IMG/VR virus record: IMGVR_UViG_3300020201_000009 | Coordinates: 81,871-145,870 of that record | From: a virus | Direction: 5' to 3' (one strand) | Length of the DNA: 64,000 bases | Shown here: positions 1 through 9,983 of the stretch, one piece after another | How positions within the stretch are numbered: the stretch's first letter is position 1 | Layout: every line of letters starts with the position of its first letter | Made by a program: the position numbers and the translations under genes | The notes under the pieces: generated by a model | The model's input: only the letters and a program-made list of their open reading frames with translations | Database searches by the model: none | What the model was told of the DNA's origin: nothing

Positions 1-1
1 A

Positions 2-91
2 GAAGAGACCGGCGATCTCAAAATGATAGCTGAGCAAAAAGGTTGGAATAAAGTACCGCTGCAAAAGAAAGACGAATCGCTACCAATATGA
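2..91 (+). CDS. 3' end of an upstream gene (partial)
   Basis: Open frame EETGDLK...SLPI ending at TGA 89-91, overlapping the next ATG (ATGA). Confidence 0.5.
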   Translation, partial: EETGDLKMIAEQKGWNKVPLQKKDESLPI

Positions 92-945
92 TCGATACAA
101 GTATATTAGAAAAACTCTGTAAAACCCCCCAAGGATGGCAAGCAAGATGTCCAGCTTGCGCGTCCGAAGGCTCGGATAAATCGGGAAACCATCTTTCGAT
201 ATTGGCTGATGGTCGTTTTAATTGTGTTAAATACAGTGGGGATAAAGATCATAACAAAACGATTTTAGCGTTAGCTTCGGGGGAGATACCCGAAGGATTT
301 TATGTTCCACCTCAACCCAAAATCGAAATGCCTCAAGAGTGGCCGATAACGATTCTAGATGGATTAATTAAAGAATATAGTTACTGGGTTAAAAGAGGGA
401 TTAGTGTTGAAACTTGTGAAAAATTCCAAGTAGGTGTTGCTAAGAAAGGCCAAATGCATGGAAGAAGCGTATTACCTATTTTTAACATCGATCATACAAG
501 AATAATTGGGTTTACCGGCAGAAAAATGGTAGAGACTTATAATGGCCCGCGTTGGAAACATTTGGGAGACAAAAAAACGTGGCTTTATACTGGGCAATTA
601 TATGTTCCAAAGAAGATGGCTAGAGTTGTCCTTGTGGAATCTCCCGTTTGTATTATGAGGTTATCCATGGAAAAAATTGATGATACATTTTGCTTATTTG
701 GCATTAAAATGACAAGCGCGATTATGTCTTATCTAATTCAATATAATCCAGACGAAATATTGATTGCTACTAACAACGAGATCGAAAACAATTCCATTGG
801 CAATTTAGCGGCAGAAGATATTAGAAATAAACTACTTAACTTCTTTTCTGCTAATAAAGTAAAAATTGCATTACCAATTGCCAAGGATTTTGGTGATCAG
901 ACAGAAGAACAGATGAAAGAATGGAAATCAAAATGGAGCATCTGA
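88..945 (+). CDS. DnaG-like primase (Zn finger + TOPRIM), divergent acidic motifs
   Basis: RCPAC..H..C Zn motif; GRSVLPI / IIGFTGR; VLVES; C-terminal KDFGD; next to polymerase genes. Confidence 0.75.
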   Translation: MIDTSILEKLCKTPQGWQARCPACASEGSDKSGNHLSILADGRFNCVKYSGDKDHNKTILALASGEIPEGFYVPPQPKIEMPQEWPITILDGLIKEYSYWVKRGISVETCEKFQVGVAKKGQMHGRSVLPIFNIDHTRIIGFTGRKMVETYNGPRWKHLGDKKTWLYTGQLYVPKKMARVVLVESPVCIMRLSMEKIDDTFCLFGIKMTSAIMSYLIQYNPDEILIATNNEIENNSIGNLAAEDIRNKLLNFFSANKVKIALPIAKDFGDQTEEQMKEWKSKWSI

Positions 946-993
946 ATGGACTTGACACTATGATCAGTTTAGATATCTTTAAACAAAATTAAA

Positions 994-1923
994 ATGGCGA
1001 TCAGAATTTCAGCCTCACGGCTCAAAAGTTTAAAACAATGCAGTTGGAAGTTTTATTGTAACGAGGTTCTAAAGCTACCAGAAACCACACACCCAAAAAC
1101 AATTGTTGGTAGTTTAGCCCATTCGATTTTAGAATGTTTGCTGAATTCACGTCATAGAAAGCATTATAACAGTATCATGTCTGGGATTCCAAGTATATAT
1201 AATTGTAATTCGATTGCTCGTTTGGTTGTATGGTGGCAGAATAAGCATAAAATTAAACCAGAACTTTTAGAAGATCTTAATTCGATGGTTATGGTTGTTT
1301 TAACTTTAACCGATTATTTCGAAGAGAAAGCTGACGAAGTATTCAAACCGGAACATGAGTTCCTTTTTACTATTTGTGAAGGGAAATATCAAATTAAAGG
1401 GTTTATTGACAGAATGGCTAGGACCGGAGATTTGATGATTATCAAAGACTATAAAACCCAAGGTAAGAGATTCGATGAGGACGAGTTAGCAAATAATTTT
1501 CAAGCGGCAATGTACCAAATGTATGTGATGAAAAAATTTGATTTAAAAGCGTCAGTTCAGTTCATCATGCTTCGTCACCCGCCAACAAATCGGACCCCAT
1601 ATAAACATATTCAAACAGTTTCGGCTAGGACAAAAGAAGAGTTAGAAGGTTTTGAATCTTATTTGGAGTATATCGGAAGTATTTTCTCTAATTTTGGTAT
1701 GGAGCACGCGACAATGAATTTTTGTGCCGATAATCCAAAAGATAAAGGTTTTTGTACCTACGTTTGTCAATTTAAGTCTGGTCTTGAATACCAATCTTTA
1801 ATTGATGCAAACGGAAAATTGGTAAAGAATGCTTTTATGGATGAAATTTTAGAGCCGGATTATCTGTCTGGAGAAAAAATTGAGATAAAAACTTATGAGG
1901 GTTGCCCCAGATTTCGGGGTTGA
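994..1923 (+). CDS. PD-(D/E)XK nuclease (RecB/Cas4-like exonuclease)
   Basis: ISASRL..C, GSLAH, GFIDR, IKDYKT, Q...Y, C-terminal Cys cluster. Confidence 0.85.
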   Translation: MAIRISASRLKSLKQCSWKFYCNEVLKLPETTHPKTIVGSLAHSILECLLNSRHRKHYNSIMSGIPSIYNCNSIARLVVWWQNKHKIKPELLEDLNSMVMVVLTLTDYFEEKADEVFKPEHEFLFTICEGKYQIKGFIDRMARTGDLMIIKDYKTQGKRFDEDELANNFQAAMYQMYVMKKFDLKASVQFIMLRHPPTNRTPYKHIQTVSARTKEELEGFESYLEYIGSIFSNFGMEHATMNFCADNPKDKGFCTYVCQFKSGLEYQSLIDANGKLVKNAFMDEILEPDYLSGEKIEIKTYEGCPRFRG

Positions 1924-1948
1924 CTTTTTTATCAGGAAATAGCAGAAT
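1920..1948 (+). promoter_or_regulatory. sigma70-like promoter, probably leaderless
   Basis: TTGACT-17-CAGAAT, 6 nt before ATG 1955. Confidence 0.5.
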
Positions 1949-1954
1949 CAAGAA

Positions 1955-2572
1955 ATGGAAAAAATCAGCTATTGCTCTCTTGAATTTATAGTTGGAGAGC
2001 ATACTTATTGGCTTCGCAGTAATTGTGCTGGAAAGACTAAAGATCCTTACTTTCTTTTTGTTAAATTACCAAAAGTTTTATTTTTGGGTAAAGAGCTGAT
2101 TGAATCCAAATTAATTTCCCCTCATACGGGGATGTATGTTTTAAGTAAACAAGGATTGACTCGTAGATATCTAATGTTTGATAGCGGTGGCCCCCCACCA
2201 GAAAACTATGTCCCCGATTTAAATTTTGACTTGGAAGAGTTTGAAACGATTAGATGGCAAGATATGTTTTGGTTTTTAAGGGAAAATGGTTATACAACTC
2301 AAGAGCTTACGTCTTTTTGGATCAGGCATATTGTACAAACAAAAGACGAAGAATCAAAGGAGCAAACCAAATATGTTATTAGCGAATTTTTGCCCTCCCA
2401 AGGTGGCCTATTGTCATTTATGTCCCTCGGTCAACACCCCGATTTTAGTATTTCTTGGGACATTTCACAAAATTTCTCATTAAAAGGTTTGTCATTAAAA
2501 GGTTTCGATACGGAATTGAAAAAATTAGAAATAGTTTCAATCTTTTATGCTAAAAATTATTGGTATGTCTGA
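1955..2572 (+). CDS. hypothetical protein
   Basis: 205-aa ORF tiling the operon. Confidence 0.7.
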   Translation: MEKISYCSLEFIVGEHTYWLRSNCAGKTKDPYFLFVKLPKVLFLGKELIESKLISPHTGMYVLSKQGLTRRYLMFDSGGPPPENYVPDLNFDLEEFETIRWQDMFWFLRENGYTTQELTSFWIRHIVQTKDEESKEQTKYVISEFLPSQGGLLSFMSLGQHPDFSISWDISQNFSLKGLSLKGFDTELKKLEIVSIFYAKNYWYV

Positions 2573-3353
2573 AGAAGTTCTTGGTGTCTTTTATGAAAAC
2601 GGTTCTGGAAAATCAATTCTTACGAATTGGTCTCTAAAAGAAGTCGAAGACGCGGGAGATGGCTGTCCCGTTTCTCTTGTTCAACTCGCCAAAGAAGAGG
2701 GACTTAAGGAAATATTGGTGATCAGTTCTAATTTTAGAACGTTTATTCCCCTATTAGAGAATATGGATAAGATTGGGGTAAAACTGACTTTTGGCTTAGA
2801 GATTTTGATGACCAAAGATGCTGATGATCATTCAGATATTTCTCGTTGGTCTAATTATAAGGTTATTGTAATAGCCAAGAATTCCAAGGGGCGATTAGAT
2901 TTGTTTAAAATTTTCTCCGCTTGGAAAACGCGGAAAGAGAATAAATATTACGATTTTCGTTTTGATGAAAAACAATTATTACCCTTACTTACTCAAAATT
3001 TACAACTGGTATATCCATTCTTTAATTCTCCAATAGCCAAAAATCTGTTAGTTCATAATTCTAATATCGTTCCAAATCCGCCACCTGATACAATTCTTTT
3101 TAGAGAAGTCGATTCGGAGCATCCGCACGAGGATATTATTAATTCAACTTTGAATCGTTATAACGGCGATAAAAGATTCAGGGAAATCCGAGTAAAAAGT
3201 ATCTATTATAAGAACAGGGAGGATTTTAAGAAACTCCTTGTATTTAAAACAATTTTAAGCGGAGACGGTAATTTTAGTGCGCCAGAAATGTCGTATTGTT
3301 GTTCAGACGCTTTTTGTTATGAGTCTTTAAAGGAAGTAAATAAAAAAGTATGA
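2547..3353 (+). CDS. stand-alone PHP-like domain of DNA Pol III alpha (probably non-catalytic; start may be 2565)
   Basis: GKSILT, LAKEEGLKE, FGLEI, IAKNSKGRLDL match the DnaE PHP pattern; metal-binding His residues not evident. Confidence 0.75.
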   Translation: MLKIIGMSEEVLGVFYENGSGKSILTNWSLKEVEDAGDGCPVSLVQLAKEEGLKEILVISSNFRTFIPLLENMDKIGVKLTFGLEILMTKDADDHSDISRWSNYKVIVIAKNSKGRLDLFKIFSAWKTRKENKYYDFRFDEKQLLPLLTQNLQLVYPFFNSPIAKNLLVHNSNIVPNPPPDTILFREVDSEHPHEDIINSTLNRYNGDKRFREIRVKSIYYKNREDFKKLLVFKTILSGDGNFSAPEMSYCCSDAFCYESLKEVNKKV

Positions 3354-3997
3354 TTGGTTCAGAATTAAGACGTTACGCTATTAACCAGAAGTATAATTGT
3401 GCGGATTTAGAAACAGAAGGCTTGAACCTTTTCTTTTCTAGACCTTGGCAAGTCACTTGGACTCTCTTCAACATTAAACAAAATCTTTCTGAGTCAACGA
3501 GATACATTTGGTGGCCAGATTTAAAAGTGTCAAAAAGGGCGGCGATTGTCACAAGATTCGATTTTAATGCTTATAAGCAAGCAGCCGAAGATCCGAAGAA
3601 AGTATTGGAGGAATTTGAAGACAAAGTACATGATTCTAATTACGATTTGGTTTCTCATAATTGGCTAGGTTACGATTGCATGATATTGAACGCTTGGAGA
3701 CGAGGAGTTGGATTAAAACCCCGAAACGATTATTATACCAAAGTTTTCGACACGTTAGCTATGGCACGAGCTTATAAAGAAAATATAACGCCCGATGTTT
3801 CTTCTTTTGAAGCTTTTCTAGCATTCCAATATAGGATGTTAAATTATAGATATCCGAAATGCCCAAAAACCAGTTTGGGTGTAATATCCAAAGATTTGGG
3901 TATCAAAGTTGATTCAGATAAATTACATGATTCTTCTGTAGATGCCAATTTAAATGTTGAAGTGTTCCGAGGGCTTATTTGGAAAATGCCAATTTAA
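3350..3997 (+). CDS. dnaQ: DEDDh 3'-5' exonuclease (DnaQ/epsilon-like)
   Basis: ExoI DLETEG, ExoII HNWLGYD, DTL, ExoIII LHDSSVD. Confidence 0.85.
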   Translation: MIGSELRRYAINQKYNCADLETEGLNLFFSRPWQVTWTLFNIKQNLSESTRYIWWPDLKVSKRAAIVTRFDFNAYKQAAEDPKKVLEEFEDKVHDSNYDLVSHNWLGYDCMILNAWRRGVGLKPRNDYYTKVFDTLAMARAYKENITPDVSSFEAFLAFQYRMLNYRYPKCPKTSLGVISKDLGIKVDSDKLHDSSVDANLNVEVFRGLIWKMPI

Positions 3998-4027
3998 CCC
4001 AAAGGAAGAACTTTGAGAAATAAAACC

Positions 4028-4056
4028 TTGACTAGATTGTCATTTTTTCTTATAAT
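4028..4056 (+). promoter_or_regulatory. sigma70 promoter, leaderless for dnaE
   Basis: TTGACT-17-TATAAT, 6 nt before ATG 4063. Confidence 0.75.
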
Positions 4057-4062
4057 CCGCGA

Positions 4063-6681
4063 ATGAGTTTCTTAAAAGAGTGCGAACCTTACGTAATCGA
4101 AAATTACGGATATGTGCGTTTGCCCGAAATCGTAATTACTTCAGCGCAAAAACAAGATCTTGGATTAGAGGATACTGCGACAAACCGAGAGTTTATCACC
4201 GCTTTAGCGCGTCGGGGATTTGGGAAGTATGGAAAGAAGATTGATAAAAAGAAATACAAGACCTATGGGGATCGGGTAAAGTATGAATTGGATTTATTGG
4301 ATGAATTAGGTTTTATCGATTATATTCTTCTCGTTTGGATGGTTATCCATAAAGCCAGAGAGCTAAACGTTTTTATTGATTACGGAAGAGGCTCCGTAGC
4401 CGGTAGTTGCGTTTGTTGGTTATTGGGTATTTCTGGCGTTGATCCAATTAAATACGGCCTTTTCTTTGAAAGATTCGTATCTCGTGCTCGTGCGGGAATC
4501 AAACTTGTTGATGGGGTTGTTTATTTAAAGGGCGATCTTTTAGCCGATATTGATGTTAATTTAGGTGATGGTAGATCGGCTATTGTGGAATGGTTGAAAA
4601 CTGTTTATCCGGGTAAGGTGGCGAATATTTTAAATCTTTCCACATTTACTACAAAGATTCTATTAAAGGATGTTTATAAGAATCTTGAAGAGGCCGATGA
4701 AAGAGAGGCTAGACGTATCGCGGATATGGTTGAAGTGAAATTTGGTATAGCCCAAACGATTGATGAAGCCTATGCCGCCAATCCAGACTTTAAGCTCTGG
4801 TGTGACGATCATAAAGAAGTAGTAGCTATCTCAAAGGGGCTTTCGGGTCTAGTCAGACAAGCATCGACCCATGCATCTGGTTATCTCGTATCTAATGTAG
4901 CCTTATATGATTTAATTCCCCTAGAGTTAACGAAAGACGGAGAATGGGTAAGCGGCTTTGATATGAGAGACGCTGCGAACTTTGTCACCAAATTAGACCT
5001 ACTTTCTCTCACGACAAATGCCGTGATCAAACGGGTACTTGAAGCAATTCCTGAGACTATCGATGAAATCAATGAAAAGCTAGAAGATGATCCCTTCATT
5101 TATAACATTTTACAAGATCGATATGCTCGTTATGGCATTTATCAAATTTCGGCGGACACTGGCTATAATGTTACAAGAAAGATTAAGCCAAAGAATGTAT
5201 TTGAGTTGTCTGACGTAAACGCTATAGCGCGTCCGGGGGCGCTCGCGTATCTAGACGGTTATGTTGAAAATAACCATCCCTGTGCGCATCCAGCTTTTGA
5301 ACCCGTGTTAAAAGAATCTCGGAACTATTGCCTTTATCAAGAACAAATGATGAAGCTTGCCGTCGTTATCGGTTTTACTTTAGACGAAGCTGAAATGTTG
5401 AGAAAAATAGTCGGTAAAAAATTAGTCGATAAAGTCAAAGAATGGAAAGAAAAGATTTATAATAAAGCTGAGCAAAATGGTTTCGAAAAAGAAATTGGAG
5501 ATATCTTATGGAAAATTTTGGAAGATTCTGCAAAATATTCGTTTAATAAATCGCATTCGCTTTCTACATCGTTTTTAACCGCGTTAACGGTTTATTTAAA
5601 GTATAAGTATCCAGTTCAATTCTTTTGGAGTTGTTTGATTTCCGCTAAAGATCTTGCGAGCGCTCACGATGAAATTACCGAGATTCAAAAAGAACTGAGA
5701 GATTTTAATATCAAACTTTTGCCGCCCGATATCAGTAAGAACTATCCGGATTTTACAATTGATGGGGCTAATATTCGTTTTGGTCTATCGTCCATCAGGG
5801 GCTTAAAAGACAAGAACTTAGATAAAGTAATCCTTCTCCGCAAGGAAAATGCGAATAAGTTGGAGTTATTTGAGGCATTACAGACAGCAAACATTCCAAT
5901 AAATGTAGCTACTGCGCTTATTCTCAGCGGTTGCTTAAATCAACTAAATATTACTCGCAGTCGTTTACTATTGGAATACGAATTTTATACACTCCTTACT
6001 GGGAAAAACGAAACTAATTTGGTCCATACAGTTGCACCCCATTATAACTTTGATGTTTTGGAAACTGTTAGTCAGATGGTCAAAAATCTTAAGGATGAAA
6101 AGGGAAAGCCCCTGATGAAAGAATCTAGACTGGAGACGATTAAAAAGAAATATTCTATATACAAAGAAAAATACCAAAGAAATTCGCAATTTGAAAAGTT
6201 AGCCTGTTACATTTATGAAAACGAATACCTCGGTTTCGCGTATTCAGAAAGTTTAAAACAGATTTATTCATCTAAAATTAATGATTTAGAGAGTACCTCA
6301 GATCTTCGTAAACTACCAGATAATAGCAAAGGAAGAGTGGCGGTTCTTATTGTTGATGAAGTAGAAAGAAGAATTTCCAAGAAGGGGTCGCCATATCTTC
6401 GGATCAATGGGAAAGATGACATGGGCTCAATTACTATAATGATGTTTATGGAGGAAAGAATCGAAGCTATGAATAAGAATAACGGTGGTCCTTTAGATGA
6501 AGGTGATATTATTGTATGTCATGTGGACAAGAAAAGCGGGGACACGTATTGGTCTAACAATATTGTAAGACAAGAAAACCCGATATTACTCAAGAAAAGC
6601 CAAGTGGAAAAAATTCAAGAAAAAGAAGAGAAGAAAAATAAAAAAGATCAATTGGAGAACGCGGTAGACGCCGCAGTTTAA
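4063..6681 (+). CDS. dnaE: DNA polymerase III alpha catalytic core (lacks PHP)
   Basis: GRGSVAGS, LFFERF, DIDV, HASG, KLDLL, YQEQ, YSFNKSH, IRFGL, C-terminal OB fold. Confidence 0.95.
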   Translation: MSFLKECEPYVIENYGYVRLPEIVITSAQKQDLGLEDTATNREFITALARRGFGKYGKKIDKKKYKTYGDRVKYELDLLDELGFIDYILLVWMVIHKARELNVFIDYGRGSVAGSCVCWLLGISGVDPIKYGLFFERFVSRARAGIKLVDGVVYLKGDLLADIDVNLGDGRSAIVEWLKTVYPGKVANILNLSTFTTKILLKDVYKNLEEADEREARRIADMVEVKFGIAQTIDEAYAANPDFKLWCDDHKEVVAISKGLSGLVRQASTHASGYLVSNVALYDLIPLELTKDGEWVSGFDMRDAANFVTKLDLLSLTTNAVIKRVLEAIPETIDEINEKLEDDPFIYNILQDRYARYGIYQISADTGYNVTRKIKPKNVFELSDVNAIARPGALAYLDGYVENNHPCAHPAFEPVLKESRNYCLYQEQMMKLAVVIGFTLDEAEMLRKIVGKKLVDKVKEWKEKIYNKAEQNGFEKEIGDILWKILEDSAKYSFNKSHSLSTSFLTALTVYLKYKYPVQFFWSCLISAKDLASAHDEITEIQKELRDFNIKLLPPDISKNYPDFTIDGANIRFGLSSIRGLKDKNLDKVILLRKENANKLELFEALQTANIPINVATALILSGCLNQLNITRSRLLLEYEFYTLLTGKNETNLVHTVAPHYNFDVLETVSQMVKNLKDEKGKPLMKESRLETIKKKYSIYKEKYQRNSQFEKLACYIYENEYLGFAYSESLKQIYSSKINDLESTSDLRKLPDNSKGRVAVLIVDEVERRISKKGSPYLRINGKDDMGSITIMMFMEERIEAMNKNNGGPLDEGDIIVCHVDKKSGDTYWSNNIVRQENPILLKKSQVEKIQEKEEKKNKKDQLENAVDAAV

Positions 6682-6684
6682 TTA

Positions 6685-7008
6685 ATGCAAGCACGAGATG
6701 AAATGAAAGAAAAAATTCATAATTATATCGAGGAAAACGGTTTGGAAATTCTTGGGCATCTGGAGGAGGATGCCAAGGAAGATATTTGCGAGCATTTGCT
6801 AATCTTCCCCTCTCAGTATGTTTTTTGGACCATACTGAATGGTAGATTTATCGGTTATATGTATAGTTTAGGTCTGGTTAATCGTCTTAGAGCGGAAGGC
6901 TTTAACGAAACAGAAATTGCTAACGAAGCGGTATATATTAAGACGGAAAGCCTAGACCGATTTCTAGAGCTACTTACACCGAATGACATTAAAAATCAAC
7001 AAAATTAA
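6685..7008 (+). CDS. hypothetical protein
   Basis: ORF tiling. Confidence 0.6.
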   Translation: MQARDEMKEKIHNYIEENGLEILGHLEEDAKEDICEHLLIFPSQYVFWTILNGRFIGYMYSLGLVNRLRAEGFNETEIANEAVYIKTESLDRFLELLTPNDIKNQQN

Positions 7009-7468
7009 AATGACACTATTACTAAAAAAAGTTACACCTCTAGATATTAAAAAGAACGGATTAGCTAGTCTGTTAACTCATAAGTTTATATCCGTTTATG
7101 CGGTTTCGGACCCAGCTATTGACGGAGATATGACTTTTGGATATTATAAGTCGGTAAACAATATCGTTTATTCGACTAACTTATTTATCACCGCTAGTCT
7201 AGCAAAGGATCTTACGGAAGGCTACAAAGTTTTAACTGACTATTTTACCCCTAAATTTATTTTTAAAAATAATGTCATTAGCCCAATTGTGTATACACAA
7301 AAAAATGAAAGTGGTTTTCAAGTAATGGTAAGATGCAAATATAACTTCCAACCAGAAGACACTGTCGAAGAAAATCTGGCATCTGTTAATTTAGATAAAA
7401 TTTATAAAAATGGCGACGTTCTTCTAGATATTCGCCCAACCTTAGCTTTCCATGTCTTAAAGTCTTAA
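6983..7468 (+). CDS. hypothetical protein
   Basis: ORF tiling. Confidence 0.6.
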   Translation: MTLKINKIKMTLLLKKVTPLDIKKNGLASLLTHKFISVYAVSDPAIDGDMTFGYYKSVNNIVYSTNLFITASLAKDLTEGYKVLTDYFTPKFIFKNNVISPIVYTQKNESGFQVMVRCKYNFQPEDTVEENLASVNLDKIYKNGDVLLDIRPTLAFHVLKS

Positions 7469-7469
7469 T

Positions 7470-8114
7470 ATGTACACTATCACCAAAGTCAATTCTAACG
7501 TTAAAAAAGAAATGGCAGTGAGTGTTAACGATAAGCCAGTCTTAGCGGTCAGTGAATATACTTCCTACAAGCAAGCAGGTAACTACTACCTTTACGGCAG
7601 AATCGAAGAAGAGACGATTAAGCCCGTTATCGAATGGATTTTCGATGAAAACTATAGAAATAAACACACCCACTTAAATCTTATTATTACATCTCAGGGG
7701 GGTGCGGTTATAGACTGCTTTGCTCTACTTGACGCCATGGAAGGCTCATATATTCCGGTAAATACATTGGGCATGGGTCAAATAGCATCCTGTGGTTTAA
7801 TTATCTTTTTAGCGGGGCAAAATAGAGTTTTAACACAAAACACCCAAGTTTTGTCCCATCAATGGTCGGGCGGGAATTACGGAAAGGGGCATGAATTGTT
7901 GGCGGGTCGAAAAATTGAAGACTGGCTGACAGATAAATTAAATAATTATTATGCAGAAAAGACGGGCCTTTCTCTGAATTTTATCAAGAAAAATCTTTTA
8001 CCAGAATCAGATGTGTATCTGACTCCAGAAGAGGCGTTAAAGTATAATATCTGTACGGAAATTCGCGGAAGAAAATGGCAACCAAAAGAACAAAAAAAAT
8101 CAAAGAGCAAGTAG
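7470..8114 (+). CDS. clpP: ClpP-family serine protease subunit
   Basis: ITSQGG, IASCG (Ser), SHQ (His), DVYLTPEEAL (Asp). Confidence 0.9.
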   Translation: MYTITKVNSNVKKEMAVSVNDKPVLAVSEYTSYKQAGNYYLYGRIEEETIKPVIEWIFDENYRNKHTHLNLIITSQGGAVIDCFALLDAMEGSYIPVNTLGMGQIASCGLIIFLAGQNRVLTQNTQVLSHQWSGGNYGKGHELLAGRKIEDWLTDKLNNYYAEKTGLSLNFIKKNLLPESDVYLTPEEALKYNICTEIRGRKWQPKEQKKSKSK

Positions 8115-8701
8115 TCGAAGAAAAGAAAATTTTGGCTATTATTGGCAGCGCTGGCAGAAATGAAGATTTTAATCACTACACTATTGAAAAATGGAATGAA
8201 TCAAAAAGAATTCTGTTGAAAGTTGTACAAGATAATAAATTTAAAACTATTATATCGGGAGGTGCGGCTCATGTTGATCATTTGTCGGTTCAAATGTTTA
8301 ATAAGGGTTTGGTAGATAAACTTTACTTAGAACTACCGTGTAATTTCGATGAAAAAAAAGTACAGTATTACGACGAACAAGATTATAACACAATGAATGT
8401 CACAAACTATCATCATGAAACATTTTCTCAAAAATTTAGAATCAATAGCTTAGCCCAAATTAAAGAGGCGATGCGTAATGGAGCGAAATGTACAATCGGA
8501 CTGGGTTTTTACGACAGAAATGTATCTATTGCTTCGAAGGCAACTGACTTAATTGCATTTACTTTTGGTAATTTGGATCAAGTTAAAGTTAAGAGTGGTA
8601 CGGCGCATACGGTATTTTCGTTTTTAAATCGGCATCCAAATGGGAAAACATGGCATGTTGATTTAAACACGATGCGTATACATGAAGGAATTAGAATTTA
8701 A
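8075..8701 (+). CDS. SLOG-superfamily (YspA/DprA-like) nucleotide-binding protein
   Basis: AIIGS.GR, ISGGA.HVD, RN..IA, LIAF, SGT.HT. Confidence 0.7.
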   Translation: MATKRTKKIKEQVVEEKKILAIIGSAGRNEDFNHYTIEKWNESKRILLKVVQDNKFKTIISGGAAHVDHLSVQMFNKGLVDKLYLELPCNFDEKKVQYYDEQDYNTMNVTNYHHETFSQKFRINSLAQIKEAMRNGAKCTIGLGFYDRNVSIASKATDLIAFTFGNLDQVKVKSGTAHTVFSFLNRHPNGKTWHVDLNTMRIHEGIRI

Positions 8702-9264
8702 TGAAAAAAACAGTATTTTTAGACTTAGACGGAGTAATCGCTAATTGGACGAAGAGGACAGTTGAAAGCACGTTTAAGTTAAACTATGAAGATGTAACAG
8801 GGTTCAGTCGCGAAAAGTTTATTCCATTCATTACTGATAGAACGGGGTTGACAAAAACAAATATTAACGCTAAAATTTACGAAAATGACTCTGTTGATTT
8901 TTGGACTGGAATCGAAAAATATTATTGGGCCGATGAATTGGTGACATTAGTAAATCGTAATAGCTATCAGTGGTTTTTCCTTACAAAGCCTATGAGGAGT
9001 CCCGAGTGTTATTTTGGAAAAGCGCAATGGATTAAGAAATACTATCCAGCATTCTTCCATAAGTTAATTATTACCCCCGGAAGTAAAGGTCTATGTGCTA
9101 GAAATTTAGACTGTATATTAATTGACGATAACCTCAAGAATATTGAGGAATGGGTCGAGGCGGGCGGCGCAAGTTTTCCTTGGTTGGAAGTTAGCAGTAA
9201 TCCATTGAAATCTTCGGATGTAGTAAAAGACCGTATCGAAAAAATTAAAATTATATTATCATGA
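8701..9264 (+). CDS. HAD 5'(3')-deoxyribonucleotidase-like phosphatase
   Basis: FLDLDGVI, FLT, K..W, ILIDD. Confidence 0.85.
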   Translation: MKKTVFLDLDGVIANWTKRTVESTFKLNYEDVTGFSREKFIPFITDRTGLTKTNINAKIYENDSVDFWTGIEKYYWADELVTLVNRNSYQWFFLTKPMRSPECYFGKAQWIKKYYPAFFHKLIITPGSKGLCARNLDCILIDDNLKNIEEWVEAGGASFPWLEVSSNPLKSSDVVKDRIEKIKIILS

Positions 9265-9521
9265 GAAGAGTTAAAATCACTAAAATCGCTACTATAAACG
9301 TAAACCCGAATGGTATTGATGATGCTTATTGGGCGATTGGGACGATTGTAGCGGAACCGACTGTGGGTAATCAATTCACGATCTATCGCGAATCAAATAT
9401 TCATAAGGTCGGTCACGGAGTTTTTAAAACCTCTCTAGTTGTCTTCGTAACGCCGACTGAAGATGGAAAAATTTTTATTAAAACAGAAAATGGTGAGTAT
9501 TCACTAGAAAACCATGCCTAG
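9261..9521 (+). CDS. hypothetical protein
   Basis: ATGA-coupled ORF. Confidence 0.6.
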   Translation: MRRVKITKIATINVNPNGIDDAYWAIGTIVAEPTVGNQFTIYRESNIHKVGHGVFKTSLVVFVTPTEDGKIFIKTENGEYSLENHA

Positions 9522-9981
9522 TAAACTTATTCTTTTATCGGGAATGCCGGCTTCGGGTAAAAGTACTTACGCCCTTAAGTTGTCCAAAGAAATTGGTTAT
9601 GTGATTGAATGTGCTGATACTTGGAGGGGAATTCTTTCTTCGACGGGTGACGAGGGAGATCAATCAAAAAACCTAGAAATCTTTTTTTCGATTTTACCAA
9701 AACAAATCAAAAAACATTTAAATAATGGAAATGGTGTCATCATTGATGTGACGGGTGTGAATAAGAGGACGAGAAAGATTTGGACTAAGTTCGCACAAGA
9801 TAGCGATACAAACATTGATTGTCATTGGTTTAGACCAAATATCGATCAATCTCTAGAATGGAATAAAAATAGAAAGAGGCAGGTTCCCGAGGATATCATT
9901 GTAAAATATGAATTGAATTATAGAGAGCCCGGTCTAGAGGAGGGTTTTAAAGAAATTGTAGAGGTTGATTTAAAGAAATAA
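9514..9981 (+). CDS. P-loop polynucleotide-kinase-like protein (AAA_33 type)
   Basis: GMPASGKST, D..R, IIDVT, RKRQVP lid. Confidence 0.85.
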   Translation: MPSKLILLSGMPASGKSTYALKLSKEIGYVIECADTWRGILSSTGDEGDQSKNLEIFFSILPKQIKKHLNNGNGVIIDVTGVNKRTRKIWTKFAQDSDTNIDCHWFRPNIDQSLEWNKNRKRQVPEDIIVKYELNYREPGLEEGFKEIVEVDLKK

Positions 9982-9983
9982 TA

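Noticed and set aside
994-1923. Cas4 of a CRISPR system
   Set aside because: Replication-module context with no cas1/cas2; better described as a phage PD-(D/E)XK exonuclease.
4063-6681. Intein or intron explaining the split polymerase
   Set aside because: No intein terminal motifs or homing endonuclease seen; the intergenic gaps are short and contain a promoter.
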